IMG/VR virus record: IMGVR_UViG_3300037423_000095
Location: 1-49,369 of that record
Length of the DNA: 49,369 nt
Strand: one strand, 5' to 3'
Source of the DNA: a virus
Taxonomy: Duplodnaviria; Caudoviricetes
The notes under the pieces are model-generated. The model was not told the origin of the DNA, ran no database searches, and saw nothing but the letters and a program-made list of their open reading frames with translations. Numbering within the stretch: the stretch's first letter is position 1; each line of letters starts with the position of its first letter. Of the stretch, positions 37,344-46,424 are shown piece by piece. A program made the position numbers and the translations under genes.

Positions 37344-38452
37344 AACTCCACCTCCAACTTCTTAAGGGTTTCTCTTACATCAATCTTGTCTCCATGCTTA
37401 CGCAGCATGAAAGCAAGCGTGGTGTTCTCCTGCAGCATGCTAATAGCATCCACAGTCACTACATGCTGTTCCCAGTCAGGCTTCAGCGTCGTCATCTTGT
37501 CAGGGTCTTCGTAGGCTCTCCAGCCAGGAAGGGTGACAGGAGCGGGGTAAAGCTTCTTGTAAGCCTTCACAAGGCCTTCCCAAGCCTCTCTATCGTCCTT
37601 TGCAGCCCCGATGTAGGGGAAGGCTGTCTTAGGCCCCCAACGCTTAGCTCCAAGCCCGCCAGCGCGCTTGTCGTAAGCCGCATGAGCACAGTAGTTGTCA
37701 GCATCATCCCCACTAACGATTTGCCAGTAGAGCCACATACGGCCCCGCCCATCTACTTCGCCTGTAGTCTCATTCATCTTCAACCAACCGAAAGACCCGT
37801 CATGCGTGTTGAAGCCGTCCAGGTCTGTAGGGTGGAGAAGGTGTGCAGCACACTGTTTGTAGTCCTTATCGACTGCAGCAGTGATGAGCAAGTCGCTATC
37901 GCTTCCGCTCTTCATCCATTTGGCATAACCCTCGTAGCTATCCATGCTCACAGCGTCGTCGGCTTCAATGCCAGTGACAATCTTGCAGGCATGCTTCTTG
38001 ACGAGGTAGTCTTTCAACTCATCCAGGTGAATAGGACGAAGGGAGTTCAAGCGGTTTCCCTTGTACATCATCACAGTGGACACATCATGACGGAAGACGT
38101 TGCCCTTGCCACTGTAGCCGTAATACCGCGTAGCGTCTACGGCATCCTTCACACGTTCAATCATTTGCTTGAGCGTATGCATGCAGTGCTCTACGGGCTC
38201 AGGCTCTTGGATGTCGGTGTAGTCGAACTCTTCAGCCTTACGAGGCGATGTACGTCCTTGATTGTACTCAGCTAGCCAACCTCCTTCTTTCTTGGCCCAG
38301 TGGCCGTAGAAGTCTGTACGAGTGGGGAAATCGTATTCGTCTCCGCTTTGTCTGTGGACCACCTTGACGGAGCGCTTCTCTCCAATGCTACCTGCTGTGT
38401 AGAGCAGTGGGTCGTAATCGAAAACTACTGTCGTCACTGAGGCTCCGTCCAA
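37340..38452 (-). CDS. 5'-3' exonuclease (T7 gp6/T5 D15-like)
   Basis: YKGNR, EADD, VDKD and GDDADNY motifs. Confidence 0.88.
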   Translation of the reverse strand: MDGASVTTVVFDYDPLLYTAGSIGEKRSVKVVHRQSGDEYDFPTRTDFYGHWAKKEGGWLAEYNQGRTSPRKAEEFDYTDIQEPEPVEHCMHTLKQMIERVKDAVDATRYYGYSGKGNVFRHDVSTVMMYKGNRLNSLRPIHLDELKDYLVKKHACKIVTGIEADDAVSMDSYEGYAKWMKSGSDSDLLITAAVDKDYKQCAAHLLHPTDLDGFNTHDGSFGWLKMNETTGEVDGRGRMWLYWQIVSGDDADNYCAHAAYDKRAGGLGAKRWGPKTAFPYIGAAKDDREAWEGLVKAYKKLYPAPVTLPGWRAYEDPDKMTTLKPDWEQHVVTVDAISMLQENTTLAFMLRKHGDKIDVRETLKKLEVEF

Positions 38453-38643
38453 CGCTTTTCACACAGAGAGCATTCACACTCGTACCAGTAGCGATCATTG
38501 CTAGGGTCATAGTTGCCAGAGCTACCACGAGGTGTCTTGGTCACACAACGCTTCGGATGGATGCACTCTTCTTGAATCTCTTCAATTTGGTTTTCCAAAT
38601 CTTTGATTTGCTTTCGTAGCTTCTTAATCATTTCCGTCTCCAT
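38434..38643 (-). CDS. Small Zn-finger protein
   Basis: CxH...CSLC after a coiled coil. Confidence 0.55.
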   Translation of the reverse strand: METEMIKKLRKQIKDLENQIEEIQEECIHPKRCVTKTPRGSSGNYDPSNDRYWYECECSLCEKRWTEPQ

Positions 38644-38989
38644 GCATGATCGGCACCATTGTTAGATTGCGAGTAGTGGTAGAGCGCAGCTTACCCAGCA
38701 GGAATGTAATCTCTCTGTGTGTGAGTGTCTGGTTGTACAGGATGGTGCTGAAGCAAAGCCCGCCCCAGTACACAGGATCATCCGGGAACGGCTTCACGCT
38801 GATAGTGGCTCCACTCTCGAAATGCACCATCAAGGTGGAGTAATTAGCTTTGCTGATTCCTGGAAGCTGCCTCAACTCCTCAAACAGAAGTGTAGCGTGA
38901 ACAGTGTTGTGGGTAACCACCAAACAACGTGCGTTCGGATCGTTGACAGCGTTCTCAAGAATTCTCAGGTATGGTTTCATTAGTGCCAA
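38624..38989 (-). CDS. Truncated, degenerate paralogue of the terminase ATPase domain
   Basis: Colinear motif match to this genome's TerL aa ~53-149; GGAGGA RBS before TTG. Confidence 0.7.
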   Translation of the reverse strand: MALMKPYLRILENAVNDPNARCLVVTHNTVHATLLFEELRQLPGISKANYSTLMVHFESGATISVKPFPDDPVYWGGLCFSTILYNQTLTHREITFLLGKLRSTTTRNLTMVPIMHGDGND

Positions 38990-39227
38990 GTTCTTCCTCC
39001 AAAATCAATTTGCAAGCCACAGGCACAGCCTGCTTCCACCTCTTCAGCAACCCCGTATGTCCATTCCTCTCAGTCCAAACCTTGTAGTAGCGTTGGAAAT
39101 GGACGATGACGTTCATGGCTGAAGTTCTAGTGGGATACACCTCGGCGCGTTCTAGCTGTCCGTCGCTGCCGTATAGCAAGCCATTCGCAAAGCGAATGAC
39201 ATACATTGTTCTAGTTTGCATAAGCAA
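38955..39227 (-). CDS. Hypothetical protein
   Basis: Operon-packed; start uncertain. Confidence 0.45.
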   Translation of the reverse strand: MLMQTRTMYVIRFANGLLYGSDGQLERAEVYPTRTSAMNVIVHFQRYYKVWTERNGHTGLLKRWKQAVPVACKLILEEELGTNETIPENS

Positions 39228-39254
39228 AAAGCCCGCGCCCGTAAAGGCGCGGGC
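39226..39254 (-). terminator. Intrinsic terminator after SSB-like gene
   Basis: Minus strand GCCCGCGCC-TTTACG-GGCGCGGGC-TTTTT. Confidence 0.8.
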
Positions 39255-39279
39255 AGTCTCCCTCTTCTAGTTGTCTACG

Positions 39280-40248
39280 TCAGAACGGGATGTCGTCATC
39301 CATATCATCAAAGTTAGTAGCTTCCGGCTTCGGAGTCTCCAACTTCTTGGGGGCCTTCTTAACAGCAGGAGCAGGCTTTGCCGGCTTTTCTTCTTCCTGC
39401 TTTTCTTCTCCCGCAGCTTCCCGAGCAGCCTCTAGCTCAGCCTCGTAGGCTTCGACAGCAGCTTGCATGGGAGAACCAGCGTAGTTGTTAGCCAGCTTGA
39501 TGATTTTGATGATATTGGAGCGCAGCTTAGCTTTACGAAGTTGCTCAACAGTGGCTGTAGCAAACTGAATTGCAACAGGCTCACACTGAAGCGCAGGCAC
39601 CTTCATAGGCTTTTCTTCTCCAGTTTCCTCGCCCTCTGCGTCAAGCACAGGGACGTTGGGGACAGGCGAAGAGCCCTTGAAGTTGACGTTCTTGTAGGTC
39701 TTCTTCTCGTCTCCCTCACCCTTCTCCGTAATCTTCACTTCAACGTTGCAGATGAAGGGTTGATTCAGGAGGAGTTCAAGGTCCAGGCTACGAGGATTCT
39801 TGCGATCATCAATCGCAATCTCAGGCATCCCTACAGCCTTAGCCAGCTTCGTGATGACGCTAGCTCCAGGCAGACTCCAGTTTTTGCCCTTGATTGTCTC
39901 TCCCTTGTCGTTCTTGGGAGGAACGCATTGGAAGTTGATGGGCGTAAGCTTACCACCAAACACACGATTCAGAGGAATGCGGTAAGGCTGTTCGCCAATA
40001 TTTCCACCGTAGTCCACAACATCACGAGTGAGGTCAGCGAAGATGGCAACACCTTGTGCAGGCTTCTGGGGACGGCTCTCGCCGGTTTCCTCGTTCACGT
40101 AGTCTTCACGCTCTTGTACGCCCAGGTCAACGATGAGGCTGATACGGGCAGGACGGGCGCCTTCTTTGGGAACAGGCAACTTGCTGTAGTCGAAATTGCT
40201 TCCACCACTGTTGCTCTGGTTTTGTTTATTCATTGGCTTAAATGCCAT
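39280..40248 (-). CDS. Putative ssDNA-binding/recombination protein
   Basis: Between polymerase and exonuclease; acidic tail FDDMDDDIPF. Confidence 0.65.
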   Translation of the reverse strand: MAFKPMNKQNQSNSGGSNFDYSKLPVPKEGARPARISLIVDLGVQEREDYVNEETGESRPQKPAQGVAIFADLTRDVVDYGGNIGEQPYRIPLNRVFGGKLTPINFQCVPPKNDKGETIKGKNWSLPGASVITKLAKAVGMPEIAIDDRKNPRSLDLELLLNQPFICNVEVKITEKGEGDEKKTYKNVNFKGSSPVPNVPVLDAEGEETGEEKPMKVPALQCEPVAIQFATATVEQLRKAKLRSNIIKIIKLANNYAGSPMQAAVEAYEAELEAAREAAGEEKQEEEKPAKPAPAVKKAPKKLETPKPEATNFDDMDDDIPF

Positions 40249-40297
40249 AGTGTTCTAAGTCCTTTCAGTTAAAGGGAATGTTTGAATTGGCTAAGTG

Positions 40298-40510
40298 TTA
40301 GCCTACGAGAGCCCGAATCTTCAGAAGAACGGACGCTGCCTGCGTTGCTTCAGCTTCACTCACTTCCGCTGCAGCCTTGGCTGCTGTTGCCTTGTCTCGT
40401 TGAGTAGCTGCTTCCGCAGTGTGGTTCTCAATCACAGACTCAAGTTCAGTCATGGTCTTGGTGAAAGCCGACAACACGTCGGCAGTGGTCTTCAGTTTCT
40501 TAGGAAACAT
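40298..40510 (-). CDS. Small coiled-coil protein
   Basis: AGGAGG RBS, Ala-rich helix. Confidence 0.6.
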   Translation of the reverse strand: MFPKKLKTTADVLSAFTKTMTELESVIENHTAEAATQRDKATAAKAAAEVSEAEATQAASVLLKIRALVG

Positions 40511-40525
40511 TTAGGCTTCTCCTCC

Positions 40526-40915
40526 TTAAAACGGGATATTGTCTTCTTCCACAGACGGCGCTACGCTGCCGTCTGCAAGCTGCTCGTACTCACTCACAGC
40601 CACCTTGAAGCGGTCATACATCGTGTCAAAGTCTCGGGCGTAAACATCACGCTTGTACTCCTCATCAAAGTCCTTCGTGATCGTCGGGAACTGTTCCTTG
40701 CTGTCCGTGACAGTGACACGCCACTTCTTCTCAATGGCAGGTTCGTACAACTGAACTTCGCTATAGCCTTCCTTACGGATTTCCAGAGGCCCTAGGTCCG
40801 TGGTGATGACGACGCTCTTGAACGTATTGCCGTCTACAACAAACGACAGGCCCTTCACTGTAGCCTTCTCGTACAAAGCAAGGCGGTCAGCCTTCACTGT
40901 TTGAAGTTTCTTCAT
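40526..40915 (-). CDS. Hypothetical protein with SSB-Ct-like tail
   Basis: GAGGAG RBS; ends EEDNIPF. Confidence 0.6.
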   Translation of the reverse strand: MKKLQTVKADRLALYEKATVKGLSFVVDGNTFKSVVITTDLGPLEIRKEGYSEVQLYEPAIEKKWRVTVTDSKEQFPTITKDFDEEYKRDVYARDFDTMYDRFKVAVSEYEQLADGSVAPSVEEDNIPF

Positions 40916-40925
40916 TCTTCTCCTC

Positions 40926-40939
40926 TCTCAAATCTGAGA
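40926..40939. repeat. Palindromic motif copy 3
   Basis: TCTCAAATCTGAGA abutting the RBS of 40526-40915. Confidence 0.75.
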
Positions 40940-41058
40940 CGTTTTCCAAGCCGTCCAGCAACTTCTCAATAGCGCTGTAGTCTCGGTGGTAGTAGAGGTT
41001 GTACACCTCTTGTTTGAACTCCCGCAACGTCATGAGGTGAGGGAGCGATACGACGGTT

Positions 41059-41379
41059 TTACGTCGGGTCGTTGGCTGCTGCATCAGATTGGGCCTTGTC
41101 TTGAGCCTCAATACGTTCACGCAGGTTCTTCACGATATCCAACGCAGTGCCCTTGACAGCCACACAGAAGTGGTCAACGACACGCTCCATGCTCTCTTCG
41201 CTCAGGCTGCCTGTGGTAGCCATGGCGTAGTCTGCAGCATAAGCCGAGGAGACTCGGGCCAGAGCATTGAACAGCACCTCATAGTTGGGGGTGTGTCCAG
41301 CGATTGCCTTGTCGATATCCAGGGCAAGGCTGATGATCTTGTCGGCCACAGTGCCTTCTTCCGTTACAGCTTCACTCAA
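41059..41379 (-). CDS. Hypothetical protein
   Basis: AGGAG RBS, downstream of a promoter. Confidence 0.6.
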   Translation of the reverse strand: MSEAVTEEGTVADKIISLALDIDKAIAGHTPNYEVLFNALARVSSAYAADYAMATTGSLSEESMERVVDHFCVAVKGTALDIVKNLRERIEAQDKAQSDAAANDPT

Positions 41380-41419
41380 TTATTTCTCCTTCTAACACGC
41401 CGTAACGTTCAGAAACGGC

Positions 41420-41448
41420 ATTATACACAAATTTACGTCTCTAGTCAA
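41420..41448 (-). promoter_or_regulatory. Sigma70 promoter
   Basis: Minus strand TTGACT-17 nt-TATAAT. Confidence 0.8.
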
Positions 41449-41654
41449 ATTCTAGTGACGCAATCCAATTTCATACCTTTGATAGGTACGTTTGCCTGAG
41501 CAGGCCCCACCCCAATGGTGCTACGAGCCATAGGCCACCCCGCTCCTGCTGCGTACTCCCAACACTGTTTCTCAGTTTCGAAAGTCTCAATGAAGAAGCC
41601 TGGGTGTGTAGGCTGCCCTGAGAAGAGCAGCACGAGGGCTACAGCTTGCAGCAT
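41445..41654 (-). CDS. Small protein with hydrophobic N-terminus
   Basis: F.TEKQC..C pattern. Confidence 0.5.
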   Translation of the reverse strand: MLQAVALVLLFSGQPTHPGFFIETFETEKQCWEYAAGAGWPMARSTIGVGPAQANVPIKGMKLDCVTRI

Positions 41655-41656
41655 GT

Positions 41657-41908
41657 TTAGTCCAGCGACTTGTCTTCCTCTTGAGGAGGGAGTACATGGA
41701 CATACCGAGTGTTCAGGGTTTCGAAGTCCACTCCATTCGGGTCTACACCTACGATGGTGCTTGTTCGAACCGCCAGTGTTCGACCAAGGAACGGATGGTC
41801 CAGCACTTCCTCCAGGAAAGCACTTGTGCCGATACCGTGATGGTATGCCTCCCCAACATAGTGAACCGTAGGTTTCACGTTCAGCCCTGCTTGTTCTGAA
41901 TTAATCAT
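41657..41908 (-). CDS. Hypothetical protein
   Basis: DHPFLG..VRTSTIV..FETLNTRY; ATG after AGGAGGG (track start 41950). Confidence 0.6.
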   Translation of the reverse strand: MINSEQAGLNVKPTVHYVGEAYHHGIGTSAFLEEVLDHPFLGRTLAVRTSTIVGVDPNGVDFETLNTRYVHVLPPQEEDKSLD

Positions 41909-41918
41909 TCTTCCCTCC

Positions 41919-42527
41919 TTACATTCGTTCGAACGCATCGCACACCTCATCCATGAGGTGGTCCAGCGTCCCGTTGTTTGCGATTGTCATGTCACCTTCA
42001 ACGAAGGTAACTCCAGCCTCACTAGCGTGAGTATTCACCTTAGGAGCATCAGGTCGGTAGATATGCCAGACAACCCCACCCTTACTACGTACAAATTCTG
42101 CTTCGTTGTCAAAGCGCACGTCTGTGACTACAGCGTGGCAGCCTGCAGCATGAATCTTCTTGATCTTCTCGTAGGCAATAAGTACCCACAAGTCTTCATG
42201 AATCAGCTTGCGTCCCCACTCCGTGCCTAGAGTTTGTGCCATATAACGGTAGGATTTCCCGTATGGCTCCACCGGCACTTCCTTCAGAGGTCCATTGAAG
42301 TGCTCAGGTCCAAAGCCAAACATGGCTCCAAGCCCAGCACGGAGTGGGTCAGCGAACGCTACACTTTTTGCCTCGTAGGCATCCTTGAGCATTCCTGCAA
42401 CAGTGTCTTTGCCACTTCGGGCTGGCCCTGCCAGCCCGATTAACTTAGTCGTAGACCAGGGTTGAATATCAAACCCATACACACGCTTTACGAATCCAGA
42501 GTCTACAGCAATTTCATTTTCCAGCAT
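41919..42527 (-). CDS. Deoxynucleoside monophosphate kinase
   Basis: GLAGPARSGKDT, FADPL, QTLGTEWGR, TDVRFDNEA, HASE. Confidence 0.92.
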   Translation of the reverse strand: MLENEIAVDSGFVKRVYGFDIQPWSTTKLIGLAGPARSGKDTVAGMLKDAYEAKSVAFADPLRAGLGAMFGFGPEHFNGPLKEVPVEPYGKSYRYMAQTLGTEWGRKLIHEDLWVLIAYEKIKKIHAAGCHAVVTDVRFDNEAEFVRSKGGVVWHIYRPDAPKVNTHASEAGVTFVEGDMTIANNGTLDHLMDEVCDAFERM

Positions 42528-42942
42528 CTTCCTCCTCTAACTCATCTATCCAAACTTTGTCATACTCAAGGCCCTCTAGTCTTCCCATTGTCCTAGTGAA
42601 GGAGATTTGAGCACGCCGAAGGGCTTCCATGTTGATGCTGGAGTGTCCCTTCTCATACAGCCACTCCAGCAGCCAGCTAGCCCTAATTCTGTGAGTGTTC
42701 ACGTAGCCTTCCTTCTTCACGATCATGCGAGGAGGGAAGTCCTTGGGCAGTTTGAACGTGTACGGCAGCATGACTAGAACGTGCGTAGAGCCGCTTAGGA
42801 CAGCTTCTACACAGGCACGTACCATCCGGTCCCAATCAGAGCGCCTAGGGGCCTTTAAAGAGGATCTGTAGGCCTTGCTGGGCTTGCCATGGCGCAGCTT
42901 GGCTACGTCTTCTGGAGTTTTGGTCAATGGCAGGCCCCCCAT
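42514..42942 (-). CDS. Hypothetical protein
   Basis: Operon-packed; ends LEGLEYDKVWIDEL. Confidence 0.6.
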   Translation of the reverse strand: MGGLPLTKTPEDVAKLRHGKPSKAYRSSLKAPRRSDWDRMVRACVEAVLSGSTHVLVMLPYTFKLPKDFPPRMIVKKEGYVNTHRIRASWLLEWLYEKGHSSINMEALRRAQISFTRTMGRLEGLEYDKVWIDELEEEDAGK

Positions 42943-43253
42943 GTCCTTCCCAGAATGTAGTCCGCTGCCAACGTCACATTCAGCTTGTAGTAGCGACTGG
43001 TTTCCACAACAGACTCCTGGATCATCTTTCCAGCTTCACAGAGCCCGATAAACAGGTGGGTGTCCGTGTGCCCAATCTCAGACCAACCGGGGTTGGCTGC
43101 CTTGAATTCCTTTAGCAGCTTCTTACCAGCTTCCACCTCGGGAGAGTCTTTCATCTTTCCAGGTTTATCTGGGTCGGGAACTTGCCAAACACCTTCAATC
43201 TTCACCAGCTTCCACTTCACAAAACTCTTGTGCATTTCCATCTGCGCTTCATC
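42924..43253 (-). CDS. polA: DNA polymerase family A, exon 2
   Basis: Begins DEAQ, completing motif C (YH|DE); ends L.ADY..G.TW..CH. Confidence 0.9.
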   Translation of the reverse strand, partial: DEAQMEMHKSFVKWKLVKIEGVWQVPDPDKPGKMKDSPEVEAGKKLLKEFKAANPGWSEIGHTDTHLFIGLCEAGKMIQESVVETSRYYKLNVTLAADYILGRTWGACH

Positions 43254-44015
43254 CAAACGTTCAAAGTGTTCGCTAGACACTCCCGCACCGTTACGTGCTG
43301 CCATACGTTTTCACGTAGGATCGGACTATATCACGGACTCTTTTGAGCCCCCTTCCATTTCGGCAGCGCTTGCTTGCCTACTCCCTTACGGGATAGTCTC
43401 TGAACCTTGAAGGTTACCAAGTGTAGTTTTGAGATACGTGGGTCCAGTTTTGACGCACCTTGATCTTGCGAACTCGGTCGTAATCAAAACCCCTGTCCCT
43501 AACTTCTGCGGCCGACAGCCCTTGCTGTAACAACTCACAGATTTGAATGACTTCACTCTCCGTCACTAGAGCCCTGGCGTTATTTTCACCAGTAGCTGAG
43601 CGACCCTCCATCTTGTACGAATACTCAATGTTCTCGCCGTGGGTCATCCATTCGAGATTGTCTGCGTGGTTGTTGTAACGATTGAGGTCTTTATGGTTTA
43701 CTTCCGGCAAGTTGGTTGGGTTTGGAATCCACGCTTCGGCAACCATCCGATGCACGCCCTTGCTAGTCTTCTTGCCATCAATCGTCACAGTGACGATTAG
43801 GTAACCTCTACCGTTGTCGCACGGCTTCATGGGTTTTCCACGCTTGCCTAGTACAACTCCACACTTCGAAACTCTTAGTCCGTATAACTCTCTAAACTCC
43901 ACTTAACAACCTCCCTTGGCTGCGGATTAACATGCTCGCATTGTAACGAGTTTAGCCTTCCCGCAGTTAAAAAGGTTTGCAACATACCTCGCGGTATGAG
44001 GCCACAATTTCACTT
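43254..44015 (-). mobile_element. Group I intron (IA2-like, 762 nt) encoding an HNH endonuclease
   Basis: P1 CCAU/GUGG with U-G at the 5' site; P AACUGCGGGAA, Q AAUCCGCAGC, R UUCAGAGACUA, S GAUAUAGUCC; two extra hairpins after R; terminal G; splicing restores AYHDEAQ. Confidence 0.92.
43414..43902 (-). CDS. Intron-encoded HNH homing endonuclease
   Basis: VHRMVAEAWIPNP.NLPEVNHKD.NRYNNHADNLEW.T..EN. Confidence 0.9.
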   Translation of the reverse strand: MEFRELYGLRVSKCGVVLGKRGKPMKPCDNGRGYLIVTVTIDGKKTSKGVHRMVAEAWIPNPTNLPEVNHKDLNRYNNHADNLEWMTHGENIEYSYKMEGRSATGENNARALVTESEVIQICELLQQGLSAAEVRDRGFDYDRVRKIKVRQNWTHVSQNYTW

Positions 44016-46184
44016 ATGGTATGCAATCAACTGTTGCACAAACTTCTTGCTCTTCCAGTCATCTTTCCAGAAATCCACCTTCAGCCCAGCGGCTTCAAGT
44101 TTCCTGTCATGGATCACCATAGCCCGCTTAGCACAGATAACCCCAGCAGATTGGAACAGGGAGTTGATGAGAGCCGATGCACTTCTAGTCGGAATCTTCC
44201 GCCCGTCAACGCCAAGGATGTATTTCTTCCCACCCTTCTCTGTCCAATACTCCTTCAACTTCTCCCCCAACAAAGCCAGAGGCTTTGCAGCATCCCAGTA
44301 CGCTCCGTGAATCAGCTTACCTAGTGCTTCGGAACATCCCACAGTCTTAGCCACCCGCTTAGGCTGAGCCCCGTATGCACAAGCATACTTGACAGGCTTC
44401 GCATTCTGACGAGTGAATGTTTGTCCAATCATCGCTGCCACTTTTGCAGCAGTGATTGTATGCACATCGTTTGGGCTCTTTGCTGTCAGAGATACGCAGT
44501 AGGGCTTGCCATCCTCCGTGTCGTACCTCCAGCAGTAATGGGATTCAATCATCGCCTCTAGCGAGGCGAAGTCATAACCCATCTGCACGAAACCTTCATC
44601 TACGTCAACACCAAACTGATTCCGCATCTGCTCTCCATACAGAGAGGTGATGCGAGGAATGTTGGCTACGACACGATGCTTAAAGCGGCTTGTCCCTGCT
44701 CCGCATGTGTCCGCTGGCGTGGCAATACGCCCGTCTTCACGGACGAGAGCTAGAAAGCCTTTCCCAGCAAACTCATCGTCTTCGTCCACGTCATCAGGAT
44801 CAACCCCACCCCCAAGAATGGAGTTACGACGATGGGAGTACGTCAAGAACTCAGAAATCAGCTTGGCATGAGGAAACTTGTCGTGCAAGGCTTCCAATGC
44901 CGGATCAATGTCCTTGTCCTGACCCACTGTAAGTGTGGGGTTAGTGTACACCTTCAGTGGACGCTTGAGGTCATGCCTCAGCAGTTTCTGCTTCAGCGCG
45001 TTCGGATGAACGCCAATTTCCTCACAACGGTCCTTGCAGAAAGGACTGGCTAGCGTCTGTTCAACGTAGCGCTCCACAGCTTCAGCGTACTTCTCTTCGG
45101 GAAGTTTATTCTTCTTTGCGTCGCATGTCAAATCTCTCTCTTTGTATTGCGACGGGCTCCACCCCAACTCAACCAACCAGCCCTTGATGTGCGTGATGTC
45201 CTTCACAGTAGCAGGCTCATGCGTCTTGATGGGCACCTCAGGGTCCATCGGCAGAGGCCACTCCAGACGCACACTATCAGGAAAATGAGCTACCCAGCTA
45301 TCCTCATGCTGAGAGGCACAACCACCATGCTTCTCAATGAAGTTCAGCATGTGCTGAGACAGGCTCCCATCCTTCTTGAACTGCTTCTTCGGCGGCTTGA
45401 ACTCCTTCAGCTTGGTGATCCCCATAGGCTTCGGAGGAATCAACGGCTCCACAACTTGACGAATGGACTCCATTTTCTCGTCAAGGTCACGGACGTTCGC
45501 TACAGCCAACTCCTGGTCAAACCAGAAGCCTCTGTGGCTCTGCATCGTGATGATGTAGCGGGTACGTTGCTCCAGGCTGAAGGGGCCTTCCCAGGCCCAG
45601 TCCCCCCACTCCTGCATCATCTTCTTGTATGCGTGAACATTGCTCAGGGTATCCTGAGCACAATACTTCAGCATTTCAGGATGGTATTGCTGGAATTCGG
45701 CTCCCTTCGGAGCGTTCCATTCAATCAGCCCTAGCTCGATAGCCTTCTTACGCCAATCAATCTTCTCGCTGCCAACACGTCTACCCCACTCATCAAGAGA
45801 GTGCCCGCCATAGCGGTCAGGGTTCAGAGTCTTGGACAGTACGAGGGTGTCTACGATACGCAGCTTGAGCCCATTGATGCTGCAGTTGTTGCTGTCGAAC
45901 TCATCAATCTCGTAATCGAGCAGACCGAGGGCTTTTAGCACTAGGAGGTCGTAGTCAATCCCATTGTGAGCTACTAGCTCCGTAATCATAGGGAGTTGGA
46001 TTTCAGACCAAAGCCTGATTTCTTCCAACCCGACGTATTCTTGGACGTTCTCAGGATTATCAATGTCCCGCTGGACTAGACACCAAATCTTGAAAGTGTC
46101 CTTCAGTTTGTATGGCGATGCTGTGTAGTCTACTGTTTCTTCATTCAGGAGGTTGTTCGCCTCGATATCGACTACTACTCGAAT
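44016..46184 (-). CDS. polA: DNA polymerase family A with 3'-5' exonuclease, exon 1 (probable ATT start)
   Basis: ExoI DIE, ExoII HNGIDYD, ExoIII YCAQD, motif A DFASLE, motif B RQNAKPVKY (Tyr at 762 position); spliced product ~832 aa. Confidence 0.9.
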
Positions 46185-46196
46185 TTTGCCCTCCCT

Positions 46197-46424
46197 TCAA
46201 ACATTTCCGACGACGGTGGCGGATTTCCGCACTTGTCCCAAGTGCGGGTTCCACCACTCAATAACTTGTTCTAACTCTTCCTCAGTGATGTACCTGACGA
46301 AGTGCTCGTGGAAGAAAAGCTTCAGCCTTCCTTCCTGAACATCATACCGCAAAACATGCGTGACGTTGCCGATGAGGACAGAGCAAATCAGGGGAACAAG
46401 TACAGCATCTGTACTCAAAGCCAC
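46197..46424 (-). CDS. Hypothetical protein
   Basis: Operon-packed; in frame with and 4 codons upstream of the polymerase. Confidence 0.5.
   Translation of the reverse strand: MALSTDAVLVPLICSVLIGNVTHVLRYDVQEGRLKLFFHEHFVRYITEEELEQVIEWWNPHLGQVRKSATVVGNV

Noticed and set aside
37394-40272. 293-aa and 269-aa plus-strand ORFs
   Set aside because: Antisense to the exonuclease and SSB-like genes; no motifs.
43254-43304. MAARNGAG.. start of ORF 42924-43304 as a separate polymerase subunit
   Set aside because: These 17 codons are intron 3' sequence; the exon starts at 43253.
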